Shown: in pieces, positions 12,592 through 23,624 of the stretch
Position numbering within the stretch: the stretch's first letter is position 1
Layout of the letters: every line of letters begins with the position of its first letter
Assembly: GCA_013239625.1 (NCBI GenBank)
Contig: MU053934.1
Span: 10,065,352 to 10,129,351, forward strand
Origin: Lama guanicoe
Taxonomy: Eukaryota
Reading direction: 5' to 3'
DNA length: 64,000 nt
The notes under the pieces: model-generated
The model's database searches: none
Told to the model about the DNA's origin: nothing
What the model saw: the letters and a program-made list of their open reading frames with translations, nothing else
Translations under genes and position numbers: made by a program

Positions 12592-12932
12592 TGTGCTCAA
12601 GGCCGCGCCCAAGGTGCCCACCACACCGCTGAAGGCCAAGAGAGTCAGCACCTTCCAGGAGTTTGAGAGCAACACCAGCGATGCCTGGGATGCTGGCGAG
12701 GACGAGGACGAGCTCCTGGCACTGGCGGCGGGGAGCCTGGGCTCCGCCGTGGTCATGGAGACGGCCCGTCGCGTGCTGCGCGACCACAGCCAGCGCCAGG
12801 GGCGCCCCAAGCTGCCTGAGGCCCTGGGGCCCGAGCCCCGGCCCCAGCCTTCCACGGAGCCTCCCCCAGCCTCGAGTGGTGACCTCCGGCTGGTGAAGTC
12901 CGTCAGCGAGAGCCACACATCCTGCCCCGCAG
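12592..12932 (+). CDS. TBC1D22A: TBC1D22A coding exon 3 (341 nt), VLKAAPKVPTTPLKAKRVSTFQEFESNTSDAWDAGED...DLRLVKSVSESHTSCPA
   Basis: Acceptor ttgctttgcag|, donor GCAG|GTGGGA, in phase with exon 2. KRVSTFQEFESNTSDAWDAGED and VVMETA.RVLR.HSQRQGRP fit TBC1D22A rather than TBC1D22B. Part of ORF 12581..13348. Confidence 0.96.
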
Positions 12933-13894
12933 GTGGGAGAGGGCTGCAGGGACCCTGTGTTTCTGGCAGAAGGAGGAGCTGGAGACCTCTCACTGTGGGG
13001 TGGGAACGAACAGGGGTCCCTGCCCTCCAAGGCTCTCAGATCGCAGTGGTGGGGGTCCTGTACCCTCTCTCTGTGCCCCCCCGAGCTAAGCACATCTCCC
13101 CTCCAGATGGAGTGGTAGGTGGAGCTTTTGTGGGCTGCTTGGGGGACCCTGCCCTTTTGAGGATATCCTGGCTGCTCCAGGAGGATGTTCCAGTGGAAGG
13201 GCCGGGCCAGCCGCACGTTCAGGGGCTCGGCCTCCTCGGGCCGCTTCTGGTGATTCCCTCCAGGGACACACACGGGCTCAGGGTCAGGAGGGATGGGGGC
13301 TCCTCTCCGGAATTGCCGGGTTCAGACCCAAGGTCTTCTAGGGCTTAGGGCGCCCTCCCCTCACGGCAGATAAGAGAGCGAGGTCGTCGTCATGGCCTCA
13401 GATCGCCCCCTCCCCGGTGGGTGCAGAACTAGGTTTCGTACTTAGGTCCAGTTTTCAAAAACTAGAAATTGCCGTATTTCAAAAACTTTTCAGGAATTAA
13501 CTTCTAAAATGTCACAATCTTCTTAGGTGAGAATCCTATGAATTATTTCATTTGGTCAGTTTTTGTGTTGGAATCTAAACTATTTTTTTTTCAATGGTGT
13601 GAACTTTAAAGTATTTGAGCTTAAAAATGGAAGGAGGTCCAGGTAGGGCTTTTACAGTTGATGGAAATTTCCGTGACTAGTGACAGGCACGCCTGCCGAC
13701 TGCCTCCTGTGTGCCCGGCCCGGTGCGCTCGGCCCCTGTGACTCGGCGTCCCCAGGCACCCTGGGTTCCGGCTGCTGGTGGGCTCTGCTGACGCCACAGC
13801 CTGCGAGGCACAGAGGTGGCTGCTCAGGCCGCTAGGCAGTTTCTGGCGGTGGCCGGCGCACGCCTGGAGGTGGGGGGTCCTCTTGGCTGAGAGT

Positions 13895-14199
13895 GGTCAG
13901 AAATTTGTCTCACAGTCTGGAGGCTGGAAGTCCGAAGTCAGGGTGCTGGCAGGGTTGGGTTCTGGGGGAGCTCTCCTGGGTTGCAGATGGCCACTGTCTC
14001 ATCACAGCCTCAGGTGGTGGAGAGCTGAGGGTGAGGAAGCTGTCTCGTGGCTCCTGTAAGGGCGCCGATCCCATTCGCAAGGGCTCCACCCTCCTGACCT
14101 CCAGTCACCTCCCCCAGGCCCTCCTGATGCCACCCTGTGGTGGGGGTAGGGCCTCAGCGTATGTATGTGGGGGGGACACACAACATTCAGTCTGTGGTG
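13895..14199 (-). mobile_element. MLT1 (MaLR) LTR remnant
   Basis: cagaaatttgtctcacagtctggaggctggaagtccgaag…ggggggacacacaacattcagtc, the reverse complement of the recalled MLT1A-like consensus. Confidence 0.8.
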
Positions 14200-14419
14200 T
14201 GTGGTGTATGGGGGGACCCTGACCGGAGGCAAGACTGGGCGGCATCCAGCCAGGGTGGGAGCCTTGGCATGTCACGCTAGGACGGCCTCCTCCCGTGAGA
14301 GCGTAGTGAAGGACGCTCCCCGCAGCTTGTGCCAGGGGAGGAGCCTCCTGCCCACGCCTGCCTGGGAGGTGGCCCCCTTTCCTTTGCCTGCTTTCCAGGC
14401 AAGCCTCGTGAGTCCTGCA

Positions 14420-14620
14420 TTTATAATACTAATGGTTAGCATTTATCGATCACTCACTGTGTTGGCCAGTACCCTAGCAAGGCCTTGGGGTTCATGAACT
14501 CGTTACAGTCTGCGCAGCCCTGGGAAATGTGTGCAGGTTAGGGGCGGGGCAGTGCAGAGCTTTCCCAGGGCCGCGCCTCACGCCCAGGGCGCCAGACCCC
14601 AGAGGCCCTGCTCTTAGCAC
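14420..14620 (-). mobile_element. MIR remnant
   Basis: ataatactaatggttagcatttatcgatcact…ccctgctcttagcact. Confidence 0.55.
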
Positions 14621-14639
14621 TGGCCTCGTCGGCCTAGAG

Positions 14640-14834
14640 CACGGTTTCTCAGCCCCAGGGGCCATGTGGCCGTGGCTGGGTACATTTTGATTGCCATGTC
14701 TAGGGCAGGGTGTGTGCTATAGGCATGGGGTGGGCTGGGGCAGGGGGTGCATCCTCAGTGCCCAGCGTGTCCCCCACTCCCCACACCCAGAACCCTGCAG
14801 CCCTAAAATGCACAGAGCTGAGGGTGAGCCCCTG
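14640..14834 (+). mobile_element. MER20-like hAT DNA transposon remnant
   Basis: cacggtttctcagcc…acattttgattgcca…tgctataggcat…gccctaaaatgcacagagctgagggtgagcccctg follows the recalled MER20 layout with degenerate TIRs. Confidence 0.65.
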
Positions 14835-15100
14835 CCGCGGGGAGCTGACCCAGGAGCTGAGGAGCAGGCAGAGCGCGGGCCTGTTTTCAGTCCCCAGGCC
14901 TCTGGGCCTGTTGGTCGTCGGGGCAGCTCCCTCAGCTGGTTCCACGTTCTCCCTCAGGTCTGTGCTGCTTGGCGATGGAGGGAGGGGCCATCGTGCATCC
15001 ACCAGGGGAGGGCGGCACAGCAAGTGTGAGGCCTCCTTAGTGGGGAGTGAGGTGCGGGGCATCCAGGAGGCCTCACGTCTGTCCTTGCCTCCCTCCGCAG

Positions 15101-15283
15101 GAAGCGCCAGCGACACTGTCCCTCTGCAGCGGTCCCAGTCCCTTCCCTACTCGGCCAGCGGCACGCTGGGAGGGGCGGCCGAGCCCGGCACCTGCAGCGG
15201 CGGTGGTGCAGCCTTGAGTGAGAGAGAGGCGTCGCGGCTGGACAAGTTCAGGCAGCTCCTGGCCGGGCCCCACACAGACCTCG
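15101..15283 (+). CDS. TBC1D22A: TBC1D22A coding exon 4 (183 nt), (G)SASDTVPLQRSQSLP...ALSEREASRLDKFRQLLAGPHTDL
   Basis: Acceptor ccttgcctccctccgcag|, donor CTCG|GTGAGT, phase 1-1. Contains the 14-3-3-type RSQSLP motif and SEREASRLDKF, which precedes the TBC domain. Confidence 0.96.
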
Positions 15284-15989
15284 GTGAGTCCCCATGGGAA
15301 GTCCGTGCCGCTCGCCTGGTCTCGGGGGTCCGGCCTGCCAGGCCCCGTCTGCTGTCATTTAACGCGAGTGTTTCCCGTGTGACTTAGCTCCTAAGAGGCC
15401 AGTCTGTGGTGTTTGATGCCCCCAAGTCACTATGAGTGCCGTCCGTCCTGAAGGTTGACTTCCCGATGTGTTCGTAATTGTGCTCCCGATGCTGTTTGAT
15501 AAGCACTTTCTGCTCGTTTTCCCCACTCCCCAGTCGTACTCTCTGCTGCCCTGCGGGCTGGCCGGGGGCTTGTCCTCACTGTCCATGCTGCTCGTGGGGC
15601 TGGTGGGCATCGGAGACCCTGACCACTGCGGACTTTGCACCTTCCTGCTGGGGCTGCGGGTTGGCGTGGAGTCTGAGCACTGCAGGGGGCAGGGGCCACG
15701 GCATGGCCTGGGCGGAGGGGCCAGCAGGGGCCGGGACGGTCGCCAGCGTGGTTCTCGGGGGGCGTGGTCCCCTCGTGGGTGCTCTGCAGCCAGGCTCTGA
15801 GGCCCGTGCTTGCTCTCACGTGCTGCTGGAATTCCACCCAGATCTGTGTCCTTTCATTTCTGTGTCTCCTCTTTGCTGAGTGCTCCTCATTTTGCTGGAG
15901 CTGGGGCTTTCAGGGGATGCAGGTGGCCTGGTCCTGAGGTCACTCAGCTGCGCTCAGAGGGCTGGGGCCTGGGTAGGCGGTGCCCCGCG

Positions 15990-16008
15990 TGGCCAGCAGG
16001 TGGCGCAT
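15990..16008 (+). promoter_or_regulatory. Candidate CTCF-binding motif
   Basis: TGGCCAGCAGGTGGCGCAT closely matches the CTCF core consensus; motif only, no occupancy data. Confidence 0.5.
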
Positions 16009-16239
16009 GAGGCTCACGGATGGAGGCGGCCAGGCGGGGCTGAGCCTGGGAAGCTGAAGCCGGCCTGGTTCCTGAGGCTGGAGGAGGCGCCTGGAGGGTC
16101 TTGGCGCTCGTGCAGGTTACACAGTCCATGGCACAGAAGGGCGTGCAGGGAGAACAAGCCCTGCCCCTTCCGCAGCTCCCCTGCGCCTCCAGCGCATGGT
16201 TCCAGTGTCTCCTCCCACACATGGCCCGGCCACAGGTTG

Positions 16240-16351
16240 TGTTCAACTTTTAATTTTGACATCATTTCAAATTTACAGAAAGGCCACCAGAACAGTACCA
16301 GGGTCTCCCATAGACACTTTACCCAGATTCGCCAGTTGTTTACATTTTGTT

Positions 16352-16390
<39 letters not shown>

Positions 16391-16600
16391 CACGCGCTGA
16401 CGTGGATCCGTGTTTTTCCTGAGCATTGGAGTCAGCTGGAGAGATCATGTCCCTCTGCTCCTCAGAACTTCCTTACTTCTTGAGAACAAAGCCGTCCTCT
16501 CCATATCATCACAGTTTGGCTGTCAAAGTCAGGAAGTTTCACGTCGACAGGGCACCGTCAGCTAACGCGCCGCCCGCCTTCCCAAACCCTCCTGTGTGCC
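16240..16600 (-). mobile_element. L1MC-like 3' end containing a (TG)n microsatellite (16355-16387)
   Basis: aacttttaattttgacatcatttcaaatttacagaaa…tttacccagattcgccagttgtttacattttg. Confidence 0.7.
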
Positions 16601-17804
16601 TCCCTCCCGGCCCAGCATCCCTGCAGGATCGGCGGCCGTCCCGTCTCCGGGAGCTGGAGCGGGGCCGCCCTCGAGTGGTGCCCTCTGAGGAGGGCGGCCC
16701 TTGGAGTGGCTTGTTCCACGTTCCTCCTGATGCGGTTCCGGCGGGTGTTTTTGGTGGGAACTCACTCAATTGATTTGCCTTCTCATTAAAATTACACTTA
16801 AAAATCAAGCTCTCAAGACTTGCGGGAAAACGCGAGCACGTAAGGACAGACTGAAAGGCTGGCACGCAGAAGTCCTTCTCGTGTCAGGTTGTGGGATTAC
16901 GGGTTTTCCCCTTTCTTCAGAATTCTACTTAAATATCAAATCTAACACCAAAAGCTAAAACCAAAGCTTTCACAGTGAAACAAGGGCTGGATTTGTATTT
17001 AGTGGCAGGAGAAACGCAGCCAGTGAATTGCCTGTGTTCGTAGGCCTTTAAGGTAGCTCCGGAGGACAGAGGACTGTATTACGTTCACGGGACGTAAGTG
17101 GCAAATATTTGCCCATGTTGGAGAAGCAAATCCTGACGTGGGAAGTACCCCAGAAACAATTCCGCCCGCTGAATGTCACTCCATCCGTCCGAGCTGTTCT
17201 TCTTTGTCTAGCGTGTGTTCTGTTACGAGCCCGGGGACGAAAGTAGCAAATAGAACTTAACAGCTCATTCTGCTCTTAGCATCCACTCAATATTCACTCG
17301 TACAAAGGCTACTGCTTCAAAGTCCAAGAAAATGACACTTGGAGGCTTTCATTTCTGTCATGTGCATCCGTGTGAGTTGGCCGCATGCAAACGTGCATGT
17401 CCTGAGGCCGGCGGGGTGACCGCTCACAGCAGCGGGGCCCCAAGGTCATCTGGTGTGTGGCGGGCGGTCCTGGCACCGGACACTCGGACGCGAGCACTGA
17501 GGGAGCAAGACCAGGGGCACGGGCACAGCCCGGGTCCCCATGAGCACCTGGGCCCCCGGGTGGAGGGGTGGCCGTGGGGAGGAGAGGGGGTGATGCAGAG
17601 GTGTTCGCCCAGGACTGAGGGTTTGCCTTCAGTGCCTTCTGGGCCTGGGGCTGGGGGACCGCCCTGCAGGGTCCCGTGGTGGCAGGAGGGGGAGCCTGTG
17701 TGGGAGGTGACTCAGCCTCCTGTCTCATCAGCCACAAGGGGGTGGGGCCTGCCCTGCGGGGTCCGGGTGACTTTGGAGGTCATTTCCTTGAGGAGCCCAT
17801 GGAG

Positions 17805-18330
17805 TTCTTCATTTGACCAGTATTCATTGAGCACCTGCTGTGGGGGTGGGTGCTGGGGACAAACAGGGAACCAGACCCCGGGGTCCCTGCCCTCAGGAGC
17901 TGATGTTTGGTGTGGGGACAGACGACGCGTGCAGTCCGTTCTCTGGGAGCTGGCAGGAGGTGGCAGGTGCCCGTGGAGGAGAAGACGTGCTGAGGGTGGA
18001 AGCTTGTGCCGCCACAGCCTGAGTGCTCAGCGAAGATTCTGTGATCGGGGCACGGTCAGCACGAAGGCCAGCCTGAAGATGGCAGGAACGACCCTGGCAG
18101 ACGGGCCAGTGGTGCAGAGGTCCTGCCTGGCGACAGGGCTTCTGGAGTGAACAGGGCCTGGTGTGGAGGGGCCGGAGCCAGCACAGCGGGAAGGGCAGGT
18201 CCCTGGTGGAGGGGGCCTGGAGGAGGCCCTCAGCTTTCACTCTGAGCGCAGTGGCATGAAGGCTCTGAGAAGTTGGGAAGCAGGGGAGTGAGTGTGAATC
18301 TGAGCATCCAAATGTGGTTGCTGACTTCTC
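17805..18330 (-). mobile_element. L2 3' remnant
   Basis: ttcatttgaccagtattcattgagcacctgctgtg…gtccctgccctcaggagctga; right boundary uncertain. Confidence 0.65.
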
Positions 18331-18774
18331 TGCGGGCCGGTGTCGCCGGTGGCCTTAGGCCGAGGCACAGTCCTGGGTAGCCACCCTGGGTGGCCCGAGG
18401 AGGGAGGGGCTGTATGACTGCTGGAGCCCTGGGGCTGCAGACGCAGGGACAGCTGGTGGACACAGACCAGAGCACACCCCAAAGATGTGTCATTTCAGTG
18501 GGAAACAAAGTCCGGCGCTCATGGAGCGGAGCCGGGGAAGCGGCGTCCCCAGGTAATCGCACACCTGCTGTTGGGACCCTTGCTCTGTGCTGGGCACCGC
18601 ACTTTGTGTGCATTTATCTGTGTGTGCACCGTCCCCTAACCCAGACGCACTGGCTGGCCATGCCCGGTAGCAGCCGGCTCCTGTTCTCAGCCGGGGAGGG
18701 TGAGTCTCCGGCTCCAGAGGTGACCCTGCAGCCTCATGGTGAGGGCAGGGCCGGGCGCCCACCAGGTCACCAGC

Positions 18775-19955
18775 AGCCTCGGCTGTACCCCTTCCTTGTT
18801 AGTGGGGATGGCAGGCAGGGGCCAGCGAGGGATGGCTTCTGGCACGTGGCGGCCAGGAGGGCGCTCCTGCTCCCGCAGGTCCGGGCAGAGGGCCCGCCAG
18901 CACCCAGGTCCCCCTGCAGCTGCCACCCACCGGCCCGGCAGCCTCGGCCCAGGCCCTGTGGTTCCTGCCCACGGCTCAGAGCCGGAGCTGGCACCCGGAG
19001 GGCTGCTGCGTCCCCTGGGAGGAGGGGGCTCTGCTCGGCCCTTCCCTCTGCATCAAGCCCCCGCTGTGCGGTGTCCGTGATCACCCCTCACGGACTGCTA
19101 CTGAAGGGGGGTGCGGAAAAGATCGTGAGACCCACACACATCAAGCTGCCCCGCTCACAAGGCCGCGGCCTCAGTGCCCTCCTCTTCACTCTGCCCGCTG
19201 CTCACCACCCCCGAGGGCCCCAGCAGCAGGGGCCCCCGAGCTTACGTCGTCCCCGGGCCCCGGACGGCGGGTGAGCCCTGTGGGGAAACACGGCGGCTCC
19301 TGACTTCTTCGCGCTGCCACCGCCAGCATCCTCTTGGGTGGTGTTTTCACTACGAGATGTGATATTTGAACTACACGTGGTATCATTCAGCTTAAAATAC
19401 AGCGAAGTGGGTACGATGTGGTGAAAGTTAAGTATTTCGTTTACTGTCTGTGGTTGAACAAATCTTCAGTTTAATTAGGAAGCCTCTCAGTGTCCTTTCA
19501 GGTAACCGTCTCGTGAATGATGATTTCCTGTGTATGACCTTACAAGCAAACGTTAAAAAATGTTAAGTCTGCTGTACAGGTTTAAAGGAGCAGTTTTAAA
19601 AATCAGTCTGTTACCTGTTTGTCTTTTTGCTCTAATGGTTTCTTTTGTGGATCAGGACGTTGAAAAAGCAGCCGCATGACCGAGAGCCCACGGTCTCTCC
19701 TCTGTCTCCGAGGCTGAGGGCGGGGAAGCGGGCGTGAGCGGCTGCTCCTCGCTCTGCGGCCCTGTGTGCAGCGACTCAGCCTCCGTTACCTCCCGCGGTC
19801 TGCAGGTCTCCGGGTCGTGTCCCTCTCACGCCGGGACCTGGAGTTCCTCGCGGGCCGCGCTGTGGGCCACGCGTCCGCGTGTTCAGTGCCCGGGGACCGG
19901 GACGCTGCATGGTTAGTGCCACCGACACTAACAAGGAAGGGGTACGGCCGAGGCT
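18775..19955. repeat. 39-bp inverted repeat pair (18775-18813 / 19917-19955), 1103-nt spacer
   Basis: Arm 1 AGCCTCGGCTGTACCCCTTCCTTGTTAGTGGGGATGGCA versus reverse complement of arm 2 AGCCTCGGCCGTACCCCTTCCTTGTTAGTGTCGGTGGCA: 35/39 identical. Confidence 0.95.
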
Positions 19956-21473
19956 CCCAGGAGCTGCCGGTGGACGTCGTCCAGCTTCTCTCTCCCGCCG
20001 CCCCGTCCCCTTAGTGGCCACGGCCTGCCTGGCCCACCGGCTGACGTGGGCTGTTCTGTGTGCGGGGGTGTCCGTTAGGGTTTGTGTTGCTCACAGGTAA
20101 CAGGAAACCAGAGCCAGGGCTTTCGGACGGTCGGGCTCTGTGTTCCTCAGCAAGGTGTCCTGTTGGCGTCCTCGCAGCAACCCCGTCCAGGACCTGAGCT
20201 TGTGGCCACAAGATGGCGGTCCCCACCCTTGCCGAGGGGAAGGGCCGTCCCCACAGTGTCTGTATGCTTAGCAGGAGAGCAGCGTGTGGCCCGAGCTGGC
20301 TCACGTGGCCTCCCCTGGCTGCAGGGGCGCTGAGAAGTAGGGGCCTTGTGGGCTTGGCCGTCGGCACTGCGGACTGCGGTTCTGGTGACGGGGACGAGGG
20401 CGGGGATGGACACCGGGTAGATGGCTGCTGTGTGCGCCACCCAGGTAGGCGTGTGTATGCCTGTCACCTCACCAGACCTCCGGCTCCTCGAGGTCAGGGA
20501 CTGTCCTTACACTGCGTTTTTTAACCCGCGGCTGGAGTCTGGCCCTGTCCCGACCCCGCAGTGGAGACCCGGGGAATGTCTGAGTTGTGTTGAACTGTAT
20601 CCACAGTCTTGGGTGCGGAGGGGATGGGTGAATGAACTCTGACTTTTCATAGTCAAAGGCACGGCTTTCAGAATGAGCCCTCTTGTGTCCTGTTTTTTCC
20701 CCAAAGTGTAGCTGAGACTCCAAAGGGCTACAAACCAAAACATAGCCAGGTGTCCTGCAAACTGCAAAGAAAATAGTACTTTTGTTTAAAGACCACTTAA
20801 GCTTCTTGGAATCTGTTAATAAACAAAAAAAGACAGAGAACGACCACACACCCTGATACATGGAGCGGAGCTGAGAAAGAAGCAAGCTAAGAAAGGATAT
20901 GAAAATGTGTTGCCTTAGGGAGATGTGGTTATGACTTTAACCTCCTGGGGGCTTTGGTTGTAACGGTGAGCTGTCATCCACGGCCCGAGGACGGGGGATG
21001 ACGGGAGCCTGGGTGGGGAGAGGGGAGTGTCTGTGGCAGGAGGTCACACCTGGGTCTGGAGTGGGCAGAGCAGGGGCAGTCCTTGCCACCCAGATTCGGG
21101 GTAGGTGCTTGTGGAACTGGGTTTGGTAATGAGGGCTGGGAGTCCTCCTTGCTCCAGGGGCCAGCCTTCTGAGAGCTGCTGAGCAAACAGGACGGCTTTC
21201 ATTTCCCAGGCCCCTCCCGGACACGTGGACATTGCATTTTCCTAGGCTCCCGACGGGCTCTGTGACGACAGACCCTGTCTGGTGCATTCTGGAAACAACA
21301 TCTTCTAAACTTGCCCGTGAAGCTAGAAAGAAGAGGGTGTCTTCCAGGAGGGAAGCTGGAAGAGGCAGTGAGGAGCTGGCAGCCGCTGTGGGCGTGGCGG
21401 AGGGCGGGGAACGCAGCCGCAGGACTGTTTGACTTCTCTGGGATCAGGTCAGGGGCTTTGGGGCGGCAGTGGC

Positions 21474-21524
21474 GGTGGCCTTGGTGGTGGTGATGGTGGT
21501 GGCAGTGATGGTGGTGGTGGTGGT
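21474..21524. repeat. Imperfect (GGT)n trinucleotide repeat
   Basis: ggtggtggtgatggtggtggcagtgatggtggtggtggtggtg. Confidence 0.9.
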
Positions 21525-22501
21525 GAGCTTCGGCTGGGTGCTTGCTGTGTGTCACGTACGTGGAAACGCACGGAGCCCCCGAGAAGCCTGTCAGAGAGGG
21601 TGCGGCACGGCGGCTGTCCGCTCCGGCTTCCGTCCTCCTGGTCCCTGTCACTCTGGGTTTTCCACAGACAGAGCCCCGACTCACTGTGGCGCTTTGTCCT
21701 GGAGGGTGTCTGGTTCCTCTCCTTCCGAGCTCCCTTTGCCAGGTTGCCTTCCTGTGTCTGTCCGTCTGTCTGGTTGGCACTTACGAGTAGGAAGGACGAG
21801 GAGTGTGTTAGAGACGAGAAGCAAGAACGAGGGGGAGGAAAGAGGTCGGCGCCGTTTGGCCTCGTCACTCCTGGGCCCTCTGTGGCCCTGAAGGGCCTGT
21901 CATCATCCCTTTGTGGGAGGGAGACAGCCGTCACGTGTGCAGGGACAGGGGCTGGGGAAGCCGACGTGGGGCCCCGGGTTCACACGTCCTGGACCCCTGC
22001 TCTGCAGCACCCTGGGGATGGGGGCCTGTGTGGTGAAAAAGCACATGGAGTTGATGAGCGGGGACACTGGTGGTGGCAGGTCAGGAGACGATAAACCGTC
22101 TCAGGAGGAGCAGGCGTCCTCTACATGCCCTGGGGCCACGAGGGAGCAGGGACTGAGGGCTTCCAGGGGCAGCGGGAGTCTGGGCCACGCTGCTCTGGGG
22201 GTGAGTGGGCACTCTGCTTGTCGCCTTGCGGGCCTGTTCAGCTTGACACTGTGGTCATTGGAAAGCGTGACTTGAAAGCTCCTGGGGTGCTGGGGTGCAG
22301 GTGCACACAGACGCCGTCCAAAATGGCCGGTGACCAGGCCACAGGCAGTGTGACCTTCGGAGCCCTTGCCGGGGACTCCGTCATGTGTGCACGGCTCTGA
22401 GGCCCACGGGCCACTTCGCTCTGAGCTGGTTCCGAGGCGCTGTGGGTGTCTGTGCCCAGGGTAGGAAGGGAGGGAGGGCCTCACTGGCATGGTGACGCCC
22501 T

Positions 22502-22828
22502 TGTCAGGGGCTGTTCGGGCTGCAGGGACAGAAGGCTGGAGGCTGGGTGGCTGCGACTGGCATTCGTGTCTCGCGGCTCTGGAGGCTGAGTCCAAGGTCA
22601 AGACCCCAGCAGGCTCCGTACCCAGTCAGGGCCCTCTTCCAGGTTCCTAGACCGAGCCTCCTTGCTGTCCTCACACGGCGGGAGGGGCGAGGGAGCTCAG
22701 GGCCCAGGCCCACTCATGAGGGCCCCACCTCGTGACCAGGCACCTCCTGAGGCCCCACCTCTGAGCACCGTCACTGTGGGAGTCGGGATAGCATGTGCGT
22801 TTTGGGGGCACAGCCCCAGTCTGGGGCA
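22502..22828 (-). mobile_element. Near full-length MLT1A-like LTR, GC-shifted
   Basis: tgtcaggggctgttcgggctgc…ctctggaggctgagtccaaggtcaag…gaggccccacctc…gggggcacagccccagtc. Confidence 0.75.
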
Positions 22829-23624
22829 GCTGTCCTGCTCGATGAGACACAGCCCTCTCGGTCCCTGCCCCACGCTCTGCAGGGCAGACGGTGTCTGTCT
22901 GTAGAGGTCTTCCTCGGAGAGTCTCTCCTCGGTTCAGCTTTGACCCTCAGCAGTCAGGAGTGTCTCCCCATTCTGCAGATGGGGAGACTGAGGCTCAGAG
23001 GAGGAGGAGGACCTGCAGAGATCCTGCCCACGGTAGCCGTGGCCCCGGGTTCTCCACTCGTCTCTGACCCCACGCTGCACTCTCAGTCTGCTGGGACACG
23101 AGAAGGTCAGTTCCAGAAGCTGAGGGTAGAGGGTTACCTGGTCCAAGACTGACTAAGGCAAAGGAAGGCCTTCCTGATGAAGAGGCGCACGAGGCCTGGG
23201 AGAGAAGTAATTCAGCCTCCTCAGAGCGGGTGACACGGGGCGGGAGCTGCAGGATCGGGGAGCACTGGGTGCTGTGTAGGGAGGCACAGGGGCTTGTGCG
23301 GAGCGAAGTCCTGCCAGGTGAGGCTTTGGTCTGGTCTTGCGCCAGCTCTTGAGACATGAACACAGACTGAAGGCTCCCTGGTGCAGTCTTAGACCACGTT
23401 CAGGTCGGTCCCAAGGGAAAAAGTTCAGGTTTGCTTAAAATGCTTAAAAAAGTAACGTTCTTTTTCCTAAGATAAGCTGTCCAGAAAAAATGAGTTAAGA
23501 TATGTTTTAAGCCCATGTTTTAACCCAAGTGTCGTTGTAGGTTCTAGGAGTAAGAACACCTAAATTATAGAAAAGCCAGTCATCCTGCCCCCTGACGCCT
23601 GCGTCTCGGGGGTCAGAGGAGTGT

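Noticed and set aside
11993..13273. 426-aa minus-strand ORF overlapping exon 3
   Set aside because: Antisense shadow of a GC-rich exon and its flanks, with a non-ATG start and no recognisable domain.
12933..13348. Open frame continuing past the exon 3 donor (ORF 12581..13348), likewise ORF 14710..15387 around exon 4
   Set aside because: Similarity to TBC1D22A stops at canonical splice sites; the extensions are stop-poor GC-rich intron.
17332..19274. 272-aa and 294-aa plus-strand ORFs
   Set aside because: G/P/R/A-rich composition expected from GC-rich intron; the first overlaps an L2 remnant; no homology recognised.
21199..21780. ORF with a poly-His tract
   Set aside because: Translation of the (GGT)n microsatellite; no other protein features.
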